A stretch of DNA of 53,175 bases from a virus (IMGVR_UViG_3300032087_001346:1-53175), one strand, 5' to 3'. Counted from the first letter of the stretch, positions 28,701-38,207 are shown. The notes: generated by a model from the letters alone, not told the origin. Numbers and translations are program-made.

Positions 28701-29617
28701 TTCTATCAGCAATCGCGCCAGTAATGCTAAAAGCATCAAGGGGAGAGGATGTATCAGAAGACCTGTTAAAGACAATGGGTCAGTCTTTTGTAGATTTAGT
28801 TGAACCATATGTTGACCCTAGCCTTGCATTTCAATTCTCTGAAAACATGGTTGAGTTTGCAAAGAGTGGTTTTCAAGATGAACAGTATCTCTCAAGGGCA
28901 TTAGGTTCTATATCTCCCGGTTATCTTTCAATCCTTAGTGATGTAGCAAAAGATTCTGGTGTATACAGAAAGTTTGGTGATGCAGGTAGTCAGGTAGAAC
29001 AGTTTATCTACCCAGAAATATTCCAAACATCAGACACAAATCCAGAAGGGCTTTATGAACTTTTAGCCAAGAATGGGCTTGTCTTTGCTGGAGCAAAAGA
29101 AAAAACCTTTAATCCTGAAAGAACAATGTCTTTTGTCTTTAACCAGATTAATAAAAATTATGAGGGAGATAGAAACAAGTTCATCAGAGATTTAACCAAT
29201 GATCTATCTGACCCTAGAACAGAGATTAATGCAGAGAAAATCTTAGAACAGTACGATGATATTCTTCAGCAACAGTTTGTTGCACAACAAGCTATGATGA
29301 ACCTTACAAGAGATATGGAAAAGCTGATAGGTAAACAGGACTTATTTAAAACTCTTAAAGCCATGCAAAGAAAATCAGCCTTTTTACCATCTAAGAAATC
29401 TTTATACTCTATTATAAATAGTGAGAAGTTTTCTCCTGTTCGTGTCTCAGACAAGGCTAGTCGGTTTAGAGATATAAATCAAACTCTAATCGAAAAAACC
29501 GGGTATAATTATTCCAAGGAATTAAATTATCTTAAACGACAAATGTATAATCTGGAAAAGTTTTATGTAGGTAGAACCTTAAATGGAAAACCTCCAGAAA
29601 TTAGTATAGGAGAATAA
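25736..29617 (+). CDS. Large internal virion / ejection protein
   Basis: 1293 aa, helical; DPTNL Ala/Gly-rich segment, G.F.AYPAE..R; typical position. Confidence 0.75.
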   Translation: MAEAQEQTQEVPSENERSYESIIADNDSTDRIYSILRDLNVDVDYNNKKDIVDSFLTIRRFFENNLLAAPYAKGVVDDMSDDNKILLGYALKETDKIPTIGEGSAPLAPKLRDYFLAGVSDPTNLLSAVAAAFTLGSGGAAALAAKEAGRQGLKKYINAKIKAAVSKPALASYAVEGTVAGTGGVATNVINQKIQQEVGLRDKDDGLDISEAALQGIIEGVASPVIGVVGNVAGGAGYQLGKRAGRKTLDLLPENAREGVESGVAWMERNLLPAGATTEDQRRLIERQAGQVSSLKDEAENLQQQFTTVLERDFEKGDYASEASLINKALEGDRNSLTAVAEKSEEAGKVINDFFNLRERAYTFANESGLNKKTKGLFEKDPNYVRNVPEKWVVTKRAEKYEDFIKRNPDILDDLREDMLLNPENKSWVKYTNRYISKNDAGENIETLANDEVEKIVRSAGKDLYAPTKRFKKETGAFDPRKTVMENRQQVYDIELQRLKDMPSNKNVSVKTLEKKADKATDKLMKSALTPTIKKFIGYNQIPALRLTETINGIVDTASRVNVARDVAADGVRRGIAVSVPVDAVNPEAIARQQLGEDVVPLVGSFKKIAGGEREKNAAMKLPLQAIDDSLKNVYITKTEGNRIKELFNEGFANDIYTRSDLIGATARIFSGTQGLAKSGKTFYSPLGSVRNIVGGAGYVVTSGNLRGLVDGAKYLSSLNKEARQEIIDEYTALGIRGSNIDLNQTLKQFGDISDKIDDGTIIERLVKSGGLAAFGKPGSKLAKKARDFYGGVDDYFKGVAVFANEKRKATKVFDSYSKEQQAAKLAEFDQTFNVGRGTSTKEDYIKEIAAQKTLNLTPVYGRIPKILEKMRAVPVLGSFTAYPAERIRNTYNLFKIATDEMREGFETGNKQLYKQGISRLGQWSAAQGALYTAAYAINEMNGFSDAVDALRGVIPEWDKNAAIVITGKDSKGMPKYVNLSYLHPDSQFLSAIAPVMLKASRGEDVSEDLLKTMGQSFVDLVEPYVDPSLAFQFSENMVEFAKSGFQDEQYLSRALGSISPGYLSILSDVAKDSGVYRKFGDAGSQVEQFIYPEIFQTSDTNPEGLYELLAKNGLVFAGAKEKTFNPERTMSFVFNQINKNYEGDRNKFIRDLTNDLSDPRTEINAEKILEQYDDILQQQFVAQQAMMNLTRDMEKLIGKQDLFKTLKAMQRKSAFLPSKKSLYSIINSEKFSPVRVSDKASRFRDINQTLIEKTGYNYSKELNYLKRQMYNLEKFYVGRTLNGKPPEISIGE

Positions 29618-29618
29618 T

Positions 29619-30365
29619 ATGGCTATACCTTCATCAGTTACAAGGTTTGGAAAACACGAGCCATTTGAATTACAGGTGGTACGTGATCAAATAGAAAACC
29701 ATAAAACGGTTTTCAAATTTGGCTTTAATCCAGACATAAACAGTGTGGAAGAAACTGTATGGGATGTAGGAGGTATTTACGCCTATCCTAGTTCTGCAGT
29801 TGCTATGACTGTAACAACAACCGCAGCTACACCAGCAAACGATAATGGTGTAAAGGTGATAGTCTTTGGTTTAGATGAAGATTACAACGAAGTTAATCAA
29901 GAAGTAACTCTTGCTGGGGCTGGTACAGCCACTACAACACAGACATTTCTTCGGGTCTTTCGTGCTTATGTTAGCGGATCGCAAGCACCTACTGGCAATC
30001 TAAACATCACCAATGGCGCAACGACATATGCTCGCATTACCCTTAATGAGAATCAGACCCTGATGGCTATGTGGACTGTTCCTGCTGGATACACAGGATT
30101 TATAGATCATGTCAACATTGCTACTGGTACGACTAATGCCAATCAATATATAACTGCTCAGTTGGTTCAGCGCACACAGGGTGGAGTATTTCGAGTTATG
30201 ATGAAACAGACACTTGGTTCTGGCGGTGTTGCAGATTTTCTTATACGTTATCCAATTTCAGTGCCTGAAAAAACAGACCTAGAAGTAAGAGCAGAATCTT
30301 CTGGAGCAAACAACCTTGTTTCTGCAAACTTTTCTATTGTTTATATTAAGAATGAGTCTGCATAA
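29619..30365 (+). CDS. Conserved virion-associated protein
   Basis: KFGFNPDI..ETVW..FLRVFRA..QTLMA.WTVPAG..PEKTDLEVRA. Confidence 0.7.
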   Translation: MAIPSSVTRFGKHEPFELQVVRDQIENHKTVFKFGFNPDINSVEETVWDVGGIYAYPSSAVAMTVTTTAATPANDNGVKVIVFGLDEDYNEVNQEVTLAGAGTATTTQTFLRVFRAYVSGSQAPTGNLNITNGATTYARITLNENQTLMAMWTVPAGYTGFIDHVNIATGTTNANQYITAQLVQRTQGGVFRVMMKQTLGSGGVADFLIRYPISVPEKTDLEVRAESSGANNLVSANFSIVYIKNESA

Positions 30366-30712
30366 TGGAGGTTGATGCAAGACTACTGTTCCAAATTGGC
30401 GCAGTTATTGCATCGCTGTCTGGAGCATGGGCGTTGGTACGCTCACAGGTCAACACTCTAAAACAAATACAGGAAGAACAGAAGAACTACGTCGATGAAC
30501 TTAACAGAGAATTAGACGAGGTAGAAAACGCTGTGTCAGTTCTTCGTAGTCAGATTACAGTCTTGTCTGGTATTCTTAGTCCCGACAATCTTAAGGAACA
30601 AAACAAATGGAGAGGGGCTGTTTCTGAAAAGCTGCAACAGATAGAGAAAGATATAGATACTCTCCAGCATATGCACAATGGTCGTCATCCAGACATAAAA
30701 CAGGCTAGTTAG
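30365..30712 (+). CDS. Membrane-anchored coiled-coil protein (lysis-related?)
   Basis: N-terminal TM segment plus coiled coil; last gene of the + arm. Confidence 0.6.
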   Translation: MEVDARLLFQIGAVIASLSGAWALVRSQVNTLKQIQEEQKNYVDELNRELDEVENAVSVLRSQITVLSGILSPDNLKEQNKWRGAVSEKLQQIEKDIDTLQHMHNGRHPDIKQAS

Positions 30713-30741
30713 GAAAAAATAAGGCTTAAAATTAGCCGTAC

Positions 30742-30765
30742 GGTAGGGGCAATGATACTCCTACC
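30742..30765. terminator. Hairpin between the convergent arms
   Basis: GGTAGGGG..CTCCTACC in the 120-bp convergence gap. Confidence 0.45.
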
Positions 30766-30832
30766 TACCCTACCCCCAAAATATACCCTAATCTCGTGTG
30801 CGTTTAATTATCAGGCTTACAGAGGATTTAGC

Positions 30833-31342
30833 CTATTTTAGCACATGTCCTTCCCTGCTTTTTCTATACTCAGCGGCAGGATCGTGTTTTGGCTGGACCT
30901 TCTCTCTGGTAAGAGCCTCTTCATCTTCTTCATCAAAGAAATCACACTTCAAAAACAACTTTGATGTTTCATCCTCACCAAGAACTTCAAGATATTTTAC
31001 TATCTCCTGTTCAAGTTCTGCTATTGACTTAGGTGTTTCATCCTCTTTAGCTGAACGAATGCGAGACAAAACTTCCAGTGCCTTGATGGCGCTGTTGGTA
31101 TGTCCATTATTTTTGGCATAGGTGTACTGATTTTCTATTTCAGATACAACATCAATACGAGTCTCAACTTCTTTCTCTAGCTCTTCGATGCGCTGCTTTA
31201 TGTCTTCGCGCTGAAGTAGTCTGTGTCCCTGTGTGTGAGCAGACCCTTCTGAGTATCCAGCAATCTTTGCTGACTCTGTAGCGTTACGGTAAAGAACGTA
31301 TGCCTGACAGAACTTTTCTTGTCTGACCTTTAGCTCTTTCAT
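30833..31342 (-). CDS. terS: Terminase small subunit
   Basis: L..RQEKFCQAY....NAT.SA..AGYS..SA..QG.RLL...I..RI.EL, the Terminase_2-type HTH signature. Confidence 0.85.
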   Translation of the reverse strand: MKELKVRQEKFCQAYVLYRNATESAKIAGYSEGSAHTQGHRLLQREDIKQRIEELEKEVETRIDVVSEIENQYTYAKNNGHTNSAIKALEVLSRIRSAKEDETPKSIAELEQEIVKYLEVLGEDETSKLFLKCDFFDEEDEEALTREKVQPKHDPAAEYRKSREGHVLK

Positions 31343-33639
31343 GCTGCATCTTTCTCCAGAATAAAGTCTGTATAGTGAGGAGGATTATATTGCTTTGACA
31401 GTTTATAAACTTGAGACATGAGGGTATTATCGCCATAAAAGTTTATCTTCATTTCGATCTGGGGTTGATCGAATAGTTTCTCACAGTCTTGTGCCATAGC
31501 GAGAAGCTCACCCGTAGTCCAGAAGTGATGCTCGTTAATTTCGACTGGCATATACTTAGGACGTACACCGTCATCTAATTTCTGTTTCTTCTGCTCGTCT
31601 GTAAGACCGTCGATAGAACAGTCAAATCCAAACAAATGGAAATTCCTAAAGCCAAACACATGCATCATACCGATTGAACGCATTGCAGAGCATGTTCCGC
31701 CAGTGACAAATGTGGTAGACTCTTTGTCGATATTAATCTCTTGAGCAGCTTCTACCTTACCGCTGACAATATCAGCTACTGCTTGTGAATATGCATGCCA
31801 ACCGTATACGTTTTTTGTCTTCTCTAAGATAAACCGAGTTACTGTTGGGTCAGTCATAGAAGCGATAAAGAATTTGGTATGAGGGTCAATCTCTTTGAAT
31901 AACTCCTGACGCACAATTCCATGTGTGCTTGTTCCTGTTATTGGACGAGGATCAAGGATAACACATGCCCACGGTTGAATGCCAGCTTCTAACAGCATAG
32001 GATAACTGTGCTTAACGCAGACAATCTTTGCGTCATATTTCTTCTGCACCTGTTTAAGTTCATCAAAGTCAATAGAAGGACCGGCTGATGCAATAATAAT
32101 ATGTTCTTCATTCATTGCACAGTTTTGAACAAAATCCCAGCTATCTATCAGGTCTATATTCTCGTTAATGTTATCGAATATTTCCTGTTTAGGCACACAG
32201 TCCTTTGGTTGGATTATGATAGGTGTACGGCTAAGAGACTTAGGCAATCCATCAAGGTCTTCTGTCTTCAATCGAACAGCAAGATGAACAGTTCCACCGC
32301 CCTTAACTTTATCCTGTGAAGGAAGAACAAAGCACCTCATGTCTTCCTTTCCAATAGATTCAATAAGACGATTAGTTCCTAGAAACTCATCTTCAGGAAC
32401 TTTTCCATCTTTATCTTTGGCATAATAATCGTCAAACGTAACTACAGGAACATGGCTGAGATGCTTATAGTCAGAAAGAATAGTCTCTTCGCTATGACCA
32501 CCATCAATAAAGGCAAAGTCAATCTTCTTTAGTTCTTTTTTTGCAAGAGGCATAGTCTCTTTTGAATCACCCCTATGAAGAGAGAAGGTAAATTTCTTTT
32601 TCTGCTCCTTCATCTTAGCAGCAAAGTCATTTAGACGTTTTGTTACAGCATCAAAAGAATTATGCGCCTTTGCATTGTGTTCTTTTTTATCTGTCTCATC
32701 AGTTGCATCTTCAAACAAATCAAAGCCTACGTAGTGTACTTTGTTTACATTTTCAAACGCCGCAAGAGCCATCTCTACAGCCCGACCACCATTCCATGTT
32801 CCTACCTCTACGATATTCTTCGGTTTGTAATTACGAATAAGTTCTGCAAGCTGGCTATATCGAGGCAGTTTAATATCTGGTGAAACTGCACCATCATTAA
32901 TTTTGTTTTTTCGATTACCCTTATAGTGAATCATAAATTTACCGAGATTAGATTGAGGGAAGACATCTAAACCATCAGCACCTTCACTAAGATTATGAAC
33001 CTTCATGCCATGAGCGGCATAAATTTTAATGAATCGAGTAATAATAAAAGCGTCTGTCCACTCACGGTAAGCAGTAACTTCACCAATGTCATAACAACCA
33101 CGAATGTCTGCAAGGAAGTAGTGGCTATGCATGTTGTCTAAATTAAAACCTACAAAGCCTGTCTCACTAAAGTCAATATCCTTACGACCAAGATGTACCA
33201 AGTCTGCATCTTTTGGAAAAGCATCAAATAAAATTTCTTCAGATACTGGCGCTGTCGTTATAACATCAGCGTCTACCCAGATAAGCCAACCACCCTGCGC
33301 TTCTTTCTCTGACACTTCAAGAAAGTAGTCAGTAAGAGCATAAACCTTATGGCAAAATCTAGTAGCATCTAAGCGAAAATTATATTCTATTCTTCCACCT
33401 TCAGTTCCATCATGTTTAGCCATAATCTCTAAGAATTTTGATCTGTCTTCTACCTCATCCAGATCACGATATTCAATAATAGGAGATTGAGGAAAGTCTT
33501 TCTTCTGTTCTTCAGTTACAGTATCATAGTAGACAATCAATTTAAGATCATCAGCCCAATGCCGCACAACAGACTCAAGCATTTTTTTAGCGTAGACATC
33601 ATAGTGTTTGCCACAGAAGGACGTTACAAATCTAACCAT
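31339..33639 (-). CDS. Three-domain fusion: GT-A glycosyltransferase + class I SAM methyltransferase + Maf/DUF115-like domain
   Basis: RFCHKVYA..WVDAD..ETGF; VEVGTWNG..GFDLF..FIDGGHS..FDDY; IIASAGPSI..GIQP..LDPR..GGTC..GFRNFHLFGFDCS. Confidence 0.8.
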   Translation of the reverse strand: MVRFVTSFCGKHYDVYAKKMLESVVRHWADDLKLIVYYDTVTEEQKKDFPQSPIIEYRDLDEVEDRSKFLEIMAKHDGTEGGRIEYNFRLDATRFCHKVYALTDYFLEVSEKEAQGGWLIWVDADVITTAPVSEEILFDAFPKDADLVHLGRKDIDFSETGFVGFNLDNMHSHYFLADIRGCYDIGEVTAYREWTDAFIITRFIKIYAAHGMKVHNLSEGADGLDVFPQSNLGKFMIHYKGNRKNKINDGAVSPDIKLPRYSQLAELIRNYKPKNIVEVGTWNGGRAVEMALAAFENVNKVHYVGFDLFEDATDETDKKEHNAKAHNSFDAVTKRLNDFAAKMKEQKKKFTFSLHRGDSKETMPLAKKELKKIDFAFIDGGHSEETILSDYKHLSHVPVVTFDDYYAKDKDGKVPEDEFLGTNRLIESIGKEDMRCFVLPSQDKVKGGGTVHLAVRLKTEDLDGLPKSLSRTPIIIQPKDCVPKQEIFDNINENIDLIDSWDFVQNCAMNEEHIIIASAGPSIDFDELKQVQKKYDAKIVCVKHSYPMLLEAGIQPWACVILDPRPITGTSTHGIVRQELFKEIDPHTKFFIASMTDPTVTRFILEKTKNVYGWHAYSQAVADIVSGKVEAAQEINIDKESTTFVTGGTCSAMRSIGMMHVFGFRNFHLFGFDCSIDGLTDEQKKQKLDDGVRPKYMPVEINEHHFWTTGELLAMAQDCEKLFDQPQIEMKINFYGDNTLMSQVYKLSKQYNPPHYTDFILEKDAA

Positions 33640-34405
33640 TTCTTTTTACCATCTCAGAATAGAGTGTTGTCCACTCTTTTGCATACTTATTATCTATTTC
33701 TCTTTTGCCGTCCCAGCTATTATAGATAGGTCCACCAGTAGTAAAGTGAACGCACTTTGCATCAATCTTTGGATTTGAATGAGCATCTAGCCAGTTCCAT
33801 TCTTCGGGAATACTGCCAATGAGATTGTCTTCATTTTCTTTTTCAAGAAAACCAAATCTGTGCAGATAAGAACCGCTCTTTGTGCTTACGTCGTGGACAG
33901 TAAAATCTTTTAGCGCCTCATGCTCACAGTTCCAAAGAACTAAACTTGACCAGTTCTTTCTGAAATAGTTGGACTGAATGCGCCGGTCCATCTTAAAGTG
34001 ATGTTGTGGAGTATGATCGTGATGTACACAACTAACTGCATACTTAGGATCACAGTACCGCTCAAACAATTCTACTATGTCTGACTTAACAAACATATCG
34101 CAGTCCATAAACAGGGCATAACCCTCAAACTGATTTAGAAAAGGAACTAAAAAACGAGTGAAACTAAATTCAGTTGAGAAAGGTTTATCGTCAAAACAAT
34201 CCACAAATTGATTGTCTTCATTAATATACTGCGAACGAAAGTAAAGACCTGCTCGGCGTAGATTAGTTTGTTTTAAGGGAATAATATCTACAGGACTTGT
34301 AGCATATTTTCTAATGCTGTAGGACAAAACATCGAAGTAAGTCTTCTCTTTATCGTCGTATCCTACATATACTTTATATGGTGTATCGTACATGCTGTCT
34401 TTCAT
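33632..34405 (-). CDS. GT-A fold glycosyltransferase (GT8-like)
   Basis: YVGYD..STEFSFTRFLVP..ALFMDCD..RKNWSS..EWNWL..HFT.GGP; start 34405 or 34393. Confidence 0.85.
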   Translation of the reverse strand: MKDSMYDTPYKVYVGYDDKEKTYFDVLSYSIRKYATSPVDIIPLKQTNLRRAGLYFRSQYINEDNQFVDCFDDKPFSTEFSFTRFLVPFLNQFEGYALFMDCDMFVKSDIVELFERYCDPKYAVSCVHHDHTPQHHFKMDRRIQSNYFRKNWSSLVLWNCEHEALKDFTVHDVSTKSGSYLHRFGFLEKENEDNLIGSIPEEWNWLDAHSNPKIDAKCVHFTTGGPIYNSWDGKREIDNKYAKEWTTLYSEMVKRNG

Positions 34406-34439
34406 AAAATGGTGGGGTGAAGACAATCCTCACCCCACT
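34404..34439 (-). terminator. Terminator after hsp20
   Basis: GTGGGGTGA..TCACCCCAC stem followed by a U-rich tract on -. Confidence 0.7.
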
Positions 34440-34447
34440 TAACATAC

Positions 34448-34876
34448 CTAGTTAATTGTAATTACTTTTTTGTTTTCTTCGGCTTTTTTACCAGCGAGAT
34501 AAACTTTGAGTAAACCGTCTTGCATTTCTGCGTTAGTAACTTCAAAGTCTGAACTAACCGAGAAAGTACGTTTGAAGCTACGCTTTGAAATGTTTTGTAC
34601 AACTGTTTCATCTTCTTTCTCCTTGGTTTTAATGCATGAGGATACTGTTAGAAATCCATCTGATTCTTCGACCTGAACATCTTCTTTGTTGTATCCAGCC
34701 AATGCCATTTCAATGACATACCCATCATTAGATTTATAGATATTATGAAATGGAAAACTGTTAGACATATTAGAATGGAATAGAAAGAAGGGGTGTTGTG
34801 TAACATCTTCCCACCGATCAAATCCAAGACTGAAATTACGGAATAGTTTATCTACTTGAGCTAGTGCATTGTTCAT
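34448..34876 (-). CDS. Small heat-shock protein (Hsp20/IbpA family)
   Basis: GFD..FPFHNI..IEMALAGY..IS.RSFKR.F..A.M.DGLL.V.L. Confidence 0.92.
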   Translation of the reverse strand: MNNALAQVDKLFRNFSLGFDRWEDVTQHPFFLFHSNMSNSFPFHNIYKSNDGYVIEMALAGYNKEDVQVEESDGFLTVSSCIKTKEKEDETVVQNISKRSFKRTFSVSSDFEVTNAEMQDGLLKVYLAGKKAEENKKVITIN

Positions 34877-34933
34877 TTTTTTCTCCTGTTTAAAGCGAGT
34901 TGAAATGCAGACGCGCGTATGCCACGCCTGTAC
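34874..34933 (-). promoter_or_regulatory. ROSE-like RNA thermometer
   Basis: 5' hairpin CAGGCGUG/CGCGUCUG, then CUCGCU-UUAAAC-AGGAG (bulged-G anti-SD) before the AUG. Confidence 0.65.
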
Positions 34934-34937
34934 ACAT

Positions 34938-34966
34938 ATGATATAATATCGTTAAGTAAAAGTCAA
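34938..34966 (-). promoter_or_regulatory. Sigma70-type promoter for hsp20
   Basis: TTGACT-17 nt-TATCAT. Confidence 0.7.
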
Positions 34967-35529
34967 GAGAATTTTTCTCCTCTGAACCAGCAAGTTAAAG
35001 CACATCTCTCTCCCTCTTTTACTTTAGTGACGCGGTGAAAGATAAAAGATGGAAAGACAATTATACTTCCCCTTCTTCTCATTTCCTTTACTGTCTTAAA
35101 TTTATTTGGTGCTTGCGGGTGGACAAAGTTTTGAACCTGAAAATCTCCACCCTTAAAGTCATCATTCAAAGTAATAGATATAGCCATCTTTCTAAGATAA
35201 GGATCGCTAGGTTTTTCTACTCCAGTATCTACGTGCCAGTCATAGAACTGACCCTTGCCGTAAAAAGATATTTGTGGAATTTCAAAAGAGTTTATATTGA
35301 AATCCCACCCAGCCTTCTCATTGGCTATGTCGATGTACAACTCTAGTATTTCTGAGAGTTCAGGGTTAGACAACCAAGCTACTCGATTGTTTCTAATTTC
35401 AGAAAGAACCTTGTCATCGCCATCTTTGTAAACCTCTGCCTCTTTACTGTCCAATTCTTTTGCAATAGAAATAAGACCGTCACAGAATGCCTTGGGCAGA
35501 ACCTCTTTAAAGCAGTAATACGTTAGCAT
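34963..35529 (-). CDS. 2OG-Fe(II) oxygenase (prolyl-4-hydroxylase-like)
   Basis: YDWHVD..RK..LND.F.GG..FPSF..HRVT.V..G.R..L..W. Confidence 0.92.
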   Translation of the reverse strand: MLTYYCFKEVLPKAFCDGLISIAKELDSKEAEVYKDGDDKVLSEIRNNRVAWLSNPELSEILELYIDIANEKAGWDFNINSFEIPQISFYGKGQFYDWHVDTGVEKPSDPYLRKMAISITLNDDFKGGDFQVQNFVHPQAPNKFKTVKEMRRRGSIIVFPSFIFHRVTKVKEGERCALTCWFRGEKFS

Positions 35530-37215
35530 TTACACCCCGCAACTTCCACCATGACCCGTAATGTCACAGATATCGTGCGTCTCTACACCTTCTTCAAACT
35601 CTTCGCCCAGTTTATCTACTGCTTCAGAGTATGGCACATTGGTTAGTGGTTGTCCACCACGACATGAATCAGGGTAAACAGTAAAGCCACGTAGGCGATG
35701 TGCGTAAGAAGCAAGAGTATTAGCAAAGTCTTCAACAGTGTCTTCATTATTTAACTTACTCCCCCATGCCGGAAGGTTAATGGTTGAGGAGATAGACATA
35801 TCAACGTAGTCCTGTACGTCAGCCTGAAATTTAATTCTACGTTTGTAGTCATCAGCTAGATCAAGAGCAGATTCAATCTTTTCTGGATCAACCCCATAAA
35901 GATCAATCAACTCCTGCGCTGCACTGTCAACTACGTACTGATAATGCCAGCGTGTACCGCCCTTCAAATAGCGGCGTTTATAAGCCACGGCAAAGATTGG
36001 TTCTACTCCAGTGCTTGTTCCTGCGAGAATACCAATCGAGCCAGTCGGCGCAATCGCTCTGTTAGCTACAGGACGACTAATGCCCAGAGTGTCAGCAAAT
36101 TTCTGAGACGTTACATCACTCATTCCTTTGTACACAGACAACCACTGATGCAATTCATCAGTAACTTCGTACTTAGAACCACGCTTGATAAGCCATTCAT
36201 GCATACCCATAAGGCCAAGACCAAGCCTACGGTTTTTCTCTCTTACATCGTAGACCTTTCGGTAGGGCAGTTTTGCCCGTAGTGTGCCACAGAGAAGAAA
36301 CTTTGTAGCAAGTTCTACAATGTCGTTAAATTCTTTGAGAGTTTCAATACGACCAAGGTTTAAAGAACCAAGATTACATACATCAGAATCATCAGCGGAA
36401 CAGACTTCCGTACAAGCGTTGCGAAGCGTCTCATTTTCTTTTTCAAAGAAGTTGAAACTAAATCCCGGCTCTGCTGTGCTAAGAGCTTGCTTGACATTCT
36501 TTGCAAAGACATCCCCCACCTCTCCAGTGCGCCAGTATTTTATTAGCCACTCAGTGTCATAGTTTACGCTGATGTTTGTCATGTCTAAAGGAGCAATGAA
36601 ATTAAAGTCCTGCTCCTTAACCTGACCAATAGAAAAGCCGGTACTACCCACCGGCATATCATACCAGTTCTTACACTCAAGAAACTTATCTATGTCTCTG
36701 TGTTGCCAATTAAGGCTGGCATAAATGGCAGACCTTCGTGATCCACCCTGCATAACTCTACGACCAATCTCGTTAATCATCTGCATCTTAGGAATAGGAC
36801 CAGAGGATAGCCCACCAGTTCCAGCGAGAATACGCCCCTCTTCACGATAGACAGAATAATCTATACCAATACCACCGCCAGTCATAAGACAAGATTCTGA
36901 CTTCCATGATATGTTGGCCCAGTCTTCTCGCGTATCTTCCTCGGCCTTTAACAGATAACAATTATTGAAGAACTTGTTTGGTCGGCCAGCATAGTACAAA
37001 TATCTACCGCCGGGAATAAACTTTAGATCAGTGATGTATTTAGTAAGGTCTGCTTTGTCTTCCTTACTCATCTTGTGTTGGCATACATCCTCTACAAGAA
37101 CTGCCGCTAGGCTAGACCAAGTTTCACACCCTGTATGAGCGTACTTGTGTTTGAAAATATCTTCGCTAAACTTTGAGCGGAACATTGGGTTTTCATTGGA
37201 ACGGAATGAAGGCAT
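35530..37215 (-). CDS. nrdJ: Ribonucleotide reductase, probably class II (B12-dependent)
   Basis: NNCY, NACTE, CNLGS, IAPTG; C-terminal Cys motifs; no small subunit in the genome. Confidence 0.85.
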   Translation of the reverse strand: MPSFRSNENPMFRSKFSEDIFKHKYAHTGCETWSSLAAVLVEDVCQHKMSKEDKADLTKYITDLKFIPGGRYLYYAGRPNKFFNNCYLLKAEEDTREDWANISWKSESCLMTGGGIGIDYSVYREEGRILAGTGGLSSGPIPKMQMINEIGRRVMQGGSRRSAIYASLNWQHRDIDKFLECKNWYDMPVGSTGFSIGQVKEQDFNFIAPLDMTNISVNYDTEWLIKYWRTGEVGDVFAKNVKQALSTAEPGFSFNFFEKENETLRNACTEVCSADDSDVCNLGSLNLGRIETLKEFNDIVELATKFLLCGTLRAKLPYRKVYDVREKNRRLGLGLMGMHEWLIKRGSKYEVTDELHQWLSVYKGMSDVTSQKFADTLGISRPVANRAIAPTGSIGILAGTSTGVEPIFAVAYKRRYLKGGTRWHYQYVVDSAAQELIDLYGVDPEKIESALDLADDYKRRIKFQADVQDYVDMSISSTINLPAWGSKLNNEDTVEDFANTLASYAHRLRGFTVYPDSCRGGQPLTNVPYSEAVDKLGEEFEEGVETHDICDITGHGGSCGV

Positions 37216-37224
37216 TTAATACTC

Positions 37225-37491
37225 CTATTTCTCTTGCTGGTCGTGGACATGAAGCATAATTATGGCATAGTGGATTACCTTTAACAAATCCTTTCTATTC
37301 TTACCGTCCTTTTTGCCATATCTCTTACAGTATTTCAGTATGTTACCTACGCAAAACCCTTCACCATATCCAGCGTCAAGAATTATATCAGTTGCTTGAT
37401 ATTTATCTTGTGCATAATGCTGGCTATAAGTTTCTTTTATATACTCTCCAATCTCGTGTAGATAGAAGTTTTCATTGAAGTTGTAATTCAT
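37225..37491 (-). CDS. DUF3310-like protein
   Basis: HY....GFCVGNILKY..RYGKK...DL.K..HY. Confidence 0.8.
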   Translation of the reverse strand: MNYNFNENFYLHEIGEYIKETYSQHYAQDKYQATDIILDAGYGEGFCVGNILKYCKRYGKKDGKNRKDLLKVIHYAIIMLHVHDQQEK

Positions 37492-37501
37492 GCGTTGCTC
37501 C

Positions 37502-37846
37502 TTAACTGAACGTCAAAACAGTATTGATCCTCTTCCTTACAAAGTCAACCTCTTTTGAGCGAAGAACCTTGAAGGCAAAAGACTTAACATAGTCAGGGTC
37601 AATGTCTGCTATATCACAGACGGTGATAAAGTCTTCGGCTGTTACACCGATAGAAGAAAAGAACCATGCCTGTGCAGATCGTCGTGCAACAGCCGCATCT
37701 TCAGATTCTTTTTCTGTCTCTGGTTTAGTAGCGTCAAGCATTGCTTGTAGAATGACGCTCATGAATAAAAGCTGCTCTGGGTCAGCCTTTCTTTTTTTTA
37801 TTATTTCTTCTATTTCGAGAAGGATTTTTGTTTCTTGTTTTTCCAT
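37502..37846 (-). CDS. Conserved phage protein
   Basis: LF..VI.QA.LDA..A.AWF..DF..VC..A.IDP. Confidence 0.75.
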   Translation of the reverse strand: MEKQETKILLEIEEIIKKRKADPEQLLFMSVILQAMLDATKPETEKESEDAAVARRSAQAWFFSSIGVTAEDFITVCDIADIDPDYVKSFAFKVLRSKEVDFVRKRINTVLTFS

Positions 37847-38207
37847 TTAGCCATCCTTCAGGAATGCCATCAGATAATTTGCAATATAAAAACCCGTGCT
37901 TAACACACCAGTCAGCGTATGTGGATTTTGCTCCTTTGTACAGCTTTGAGTTTGGATTGTTGAAGACAAACCTTACATCCAAGTCTGGATTACTCTCGCG
38001 AAGAAAAAGATGTTTCTTTCTATCCTGAAGTGTAAACCTGCCCTTTACCTCAAGAAGTATTCCATTGTCCAGCACAAAGTCTGGAAGATATTTCTTACTT
38101 TCAATCCACATGTATTTTATAAAGTAAGGTTCAAAAGAAAAATTAATGCCCTTATCCAAGAGAAAGTCATTGGTTATTCTCTCGGACTTAGACCGGAACT
38201 TAGTCAT
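37782..38207 (-). CDS. T7 gp3-like endonuclease I (resolvase)
   Basis: FRSKSE..YLPDF..EVKG.F..DR.KH..Y.DWC..GF. Confidence 0.92.
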   Translation of the reverse strand: MTKFRSKSERITNDFLLDKGINFSFEPYFIKYMWIESKKYLPDFVLDNGILLEVKGRFTLQDRKKHLFLRESNPDLDVRFVFNNPNSKLYKGAKSTYADWCVKHGFLYCKLSDGIPEGWLNGKTRNKNPSRNRRNNKKKKG

